DNA from: Tubiluchus corallicola
Taxonomy: Eukaryota > Animalia > Priapulida
Length of the DNA stretch: 22,557 nucleotides
Direction: 5' to 3'
Assembly (NCBI GenBank): GCA_030141605.1
Contig: JAQGDQ010001879.1
Span: 1 to 22,557, forward strand
Shown: piece by piece, positions 21,328-22,557 of the stretch
Numbering within the stretch: position 1 is the stretch's first letter
Layout: the number at the start of each line of letters is the position of its first letter
The notes under the pieces: model-generated
Database searches by the model: none
The model's input: only the letters and a program-made list of their open reading frames with translations
Told to the model about the DNA's origin: nothing
Position numbers and translations under genes: made by a program

Positions 21328-22557
21328 CAAAGGTTCAAACTGAGACATGCAAAGGTTCAAACTGAGACACGCAAGGTTCAAACTGAGACACGCAAAGGTT
21401 CAAACTGAGACACGCAAAGTTTCAAGGGTGAGACGCGCAAAGGTTCAAACTGGGGCAGCGCAAAGTTTCAAAGTGAGACGCGCAAAGGTTCAAACTGAGA
21501 CATGCAAAGGTTCAAGCTGAGACACGCAAAGGTTCAAACTGAGACACGCAAAGGTTCAAACTGAGACATGCAAAGGTTCAAACTGAGACACGCAAAGGTT
21601 CAAACTGAGACACGCAAAGGTTCAAACTGAGACATGCAAAGGTTCAAACTGAGACACGCAAAGGTTCAAACTGAGACACGCAAAGGTTCAAAGTGAGACA
21701 TGCAAAGGTTCAAACTGAGACGCGCAAAGTTTCAAACTGAGACGCGCAAAGGTTCAAATTGAGACGCTGAGACGCGCAAAGTTTCAAAGTGAGACGCGCA
21801 AAGGTTCAAAGTGAGACATGCAAAGGTTCAAAGTGAGACACGCAAAGGTTCAAACTGAGACACGCAAAGGTTCAAACTGAGACACGCAAAGTTTCAAAGT
21901 GAGACGTGCAAAGGTTCAAAGTGAGACGCGCAAAGTTTCAAAGTGAGACGCGCAAAGGTTCAAACTGAGACATGCAAAGGTTCAAACTGAGACACGCAAA
22001 GGTTCAAACTGAGACACGCAAAGGTTCAAACTGAGACATGCAAAGTTTCAAAGTGAGACATGCAAAGGTTCAAACTGAGACGCGCAAAGTTTCAAAGTGA
22101 GACGCGCAAAGGTTCAAACTGAGACATGCAAAGGTTCAAACTGAGACACGCAAAGGTTCAAACTGAGACACGTGTTTAAACTGAGACATGCAAAGGTTCA
22201 AACTGAGACACGCAAAGGTTCAAACTGAGACACGCAAAGGTTCAAACTGAGACATTCAAAGGTTCAAACTGAGACACGCAAAGGTTCAAACTGAGACACG
22301 TGGTTCAAACTGAGACATGCAAAGGTTCAAACTGAGACACTCAAAGGTTCAAACTGAGACACGCAAAGTTTCAAACTGAGATGCAAAGGTTTAAACTGGA
22401 TACGCAAAGGTTCAACTGAGACACGGGAATTTTCTAACTGAGATAATCAAAGTTTCAAACTGAGACACGCAAAGGTTCAAACTGAGACACTCAAAGTTTC
22501 AAACTGAGACACGCAAAGTTTCAAACTGTGACACGCAAAGGTTCAAACTGAGACACG
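21328..22557 (-). repeat. 21-bp tandem array, at least ~58 copies, reverse complement of 17197-19461; right arm, cut off by the window end
   Basis: Unit CAAAGGTTCAAACTGAGACACG-type; degraded at ~22370-22450. Confidence 0.98.

Larger units (their letters stand above)
17197..22557. mobile_element. Putative foldback (FB/TU-like) element with tandem-repeat arms and a GPCR-bearing 1.87-kb loop; right end beyond the window
   Basis: Two arrays of the same unit in inverted orientation with mirror-ordered rare variants; no transposase; TSD cannot be assessed. Confidence 0.62.

Noticed and set aside
21052-21381. 109-aa ORF in the foldback loop as a transposase or cargo gene
   Set aside because: Starts within the satellite at a non-ATG codon and has no recognisable motifs.

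Overview
AT-rich, repeat-dense metazoan genomic DNA, probably from an invertebrate; the taxon cannot be fixed from sequence alone. The minus strand carries a tandem C-type lectin cluster: two intact two-exon genes (join 7614-7074/4845-4625, ~253 aa; join 14106-13656/12618-12401, ~222 aa), both with a signal peptide, acidic pro-region and EPN/WND motifs, plus a decayed third copy (~16085-16630). Interspersed are three same-orientation TTAA-flanked piggyBac-like MITEs, other MITEs, CR1/L2 LINE 3' remnants, a 5S-rRNA-headed RTE-derived SINE-like element, and micro/minisatellites. The standout structure is at the right end: an intact 317-aa class A GPCR ORF (19462-20415) forms the loop of a giant foldback whose arms are inverted arrays of a 21-bp unit (17197-19461 and 21328 to beyond 22557). 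The arms share rare unit variants in mirror order, so they look like the terminal inverted repeats of one element carrying a receptor gene. The right terminus lies outside the window, so mobility is inferred, not shown.
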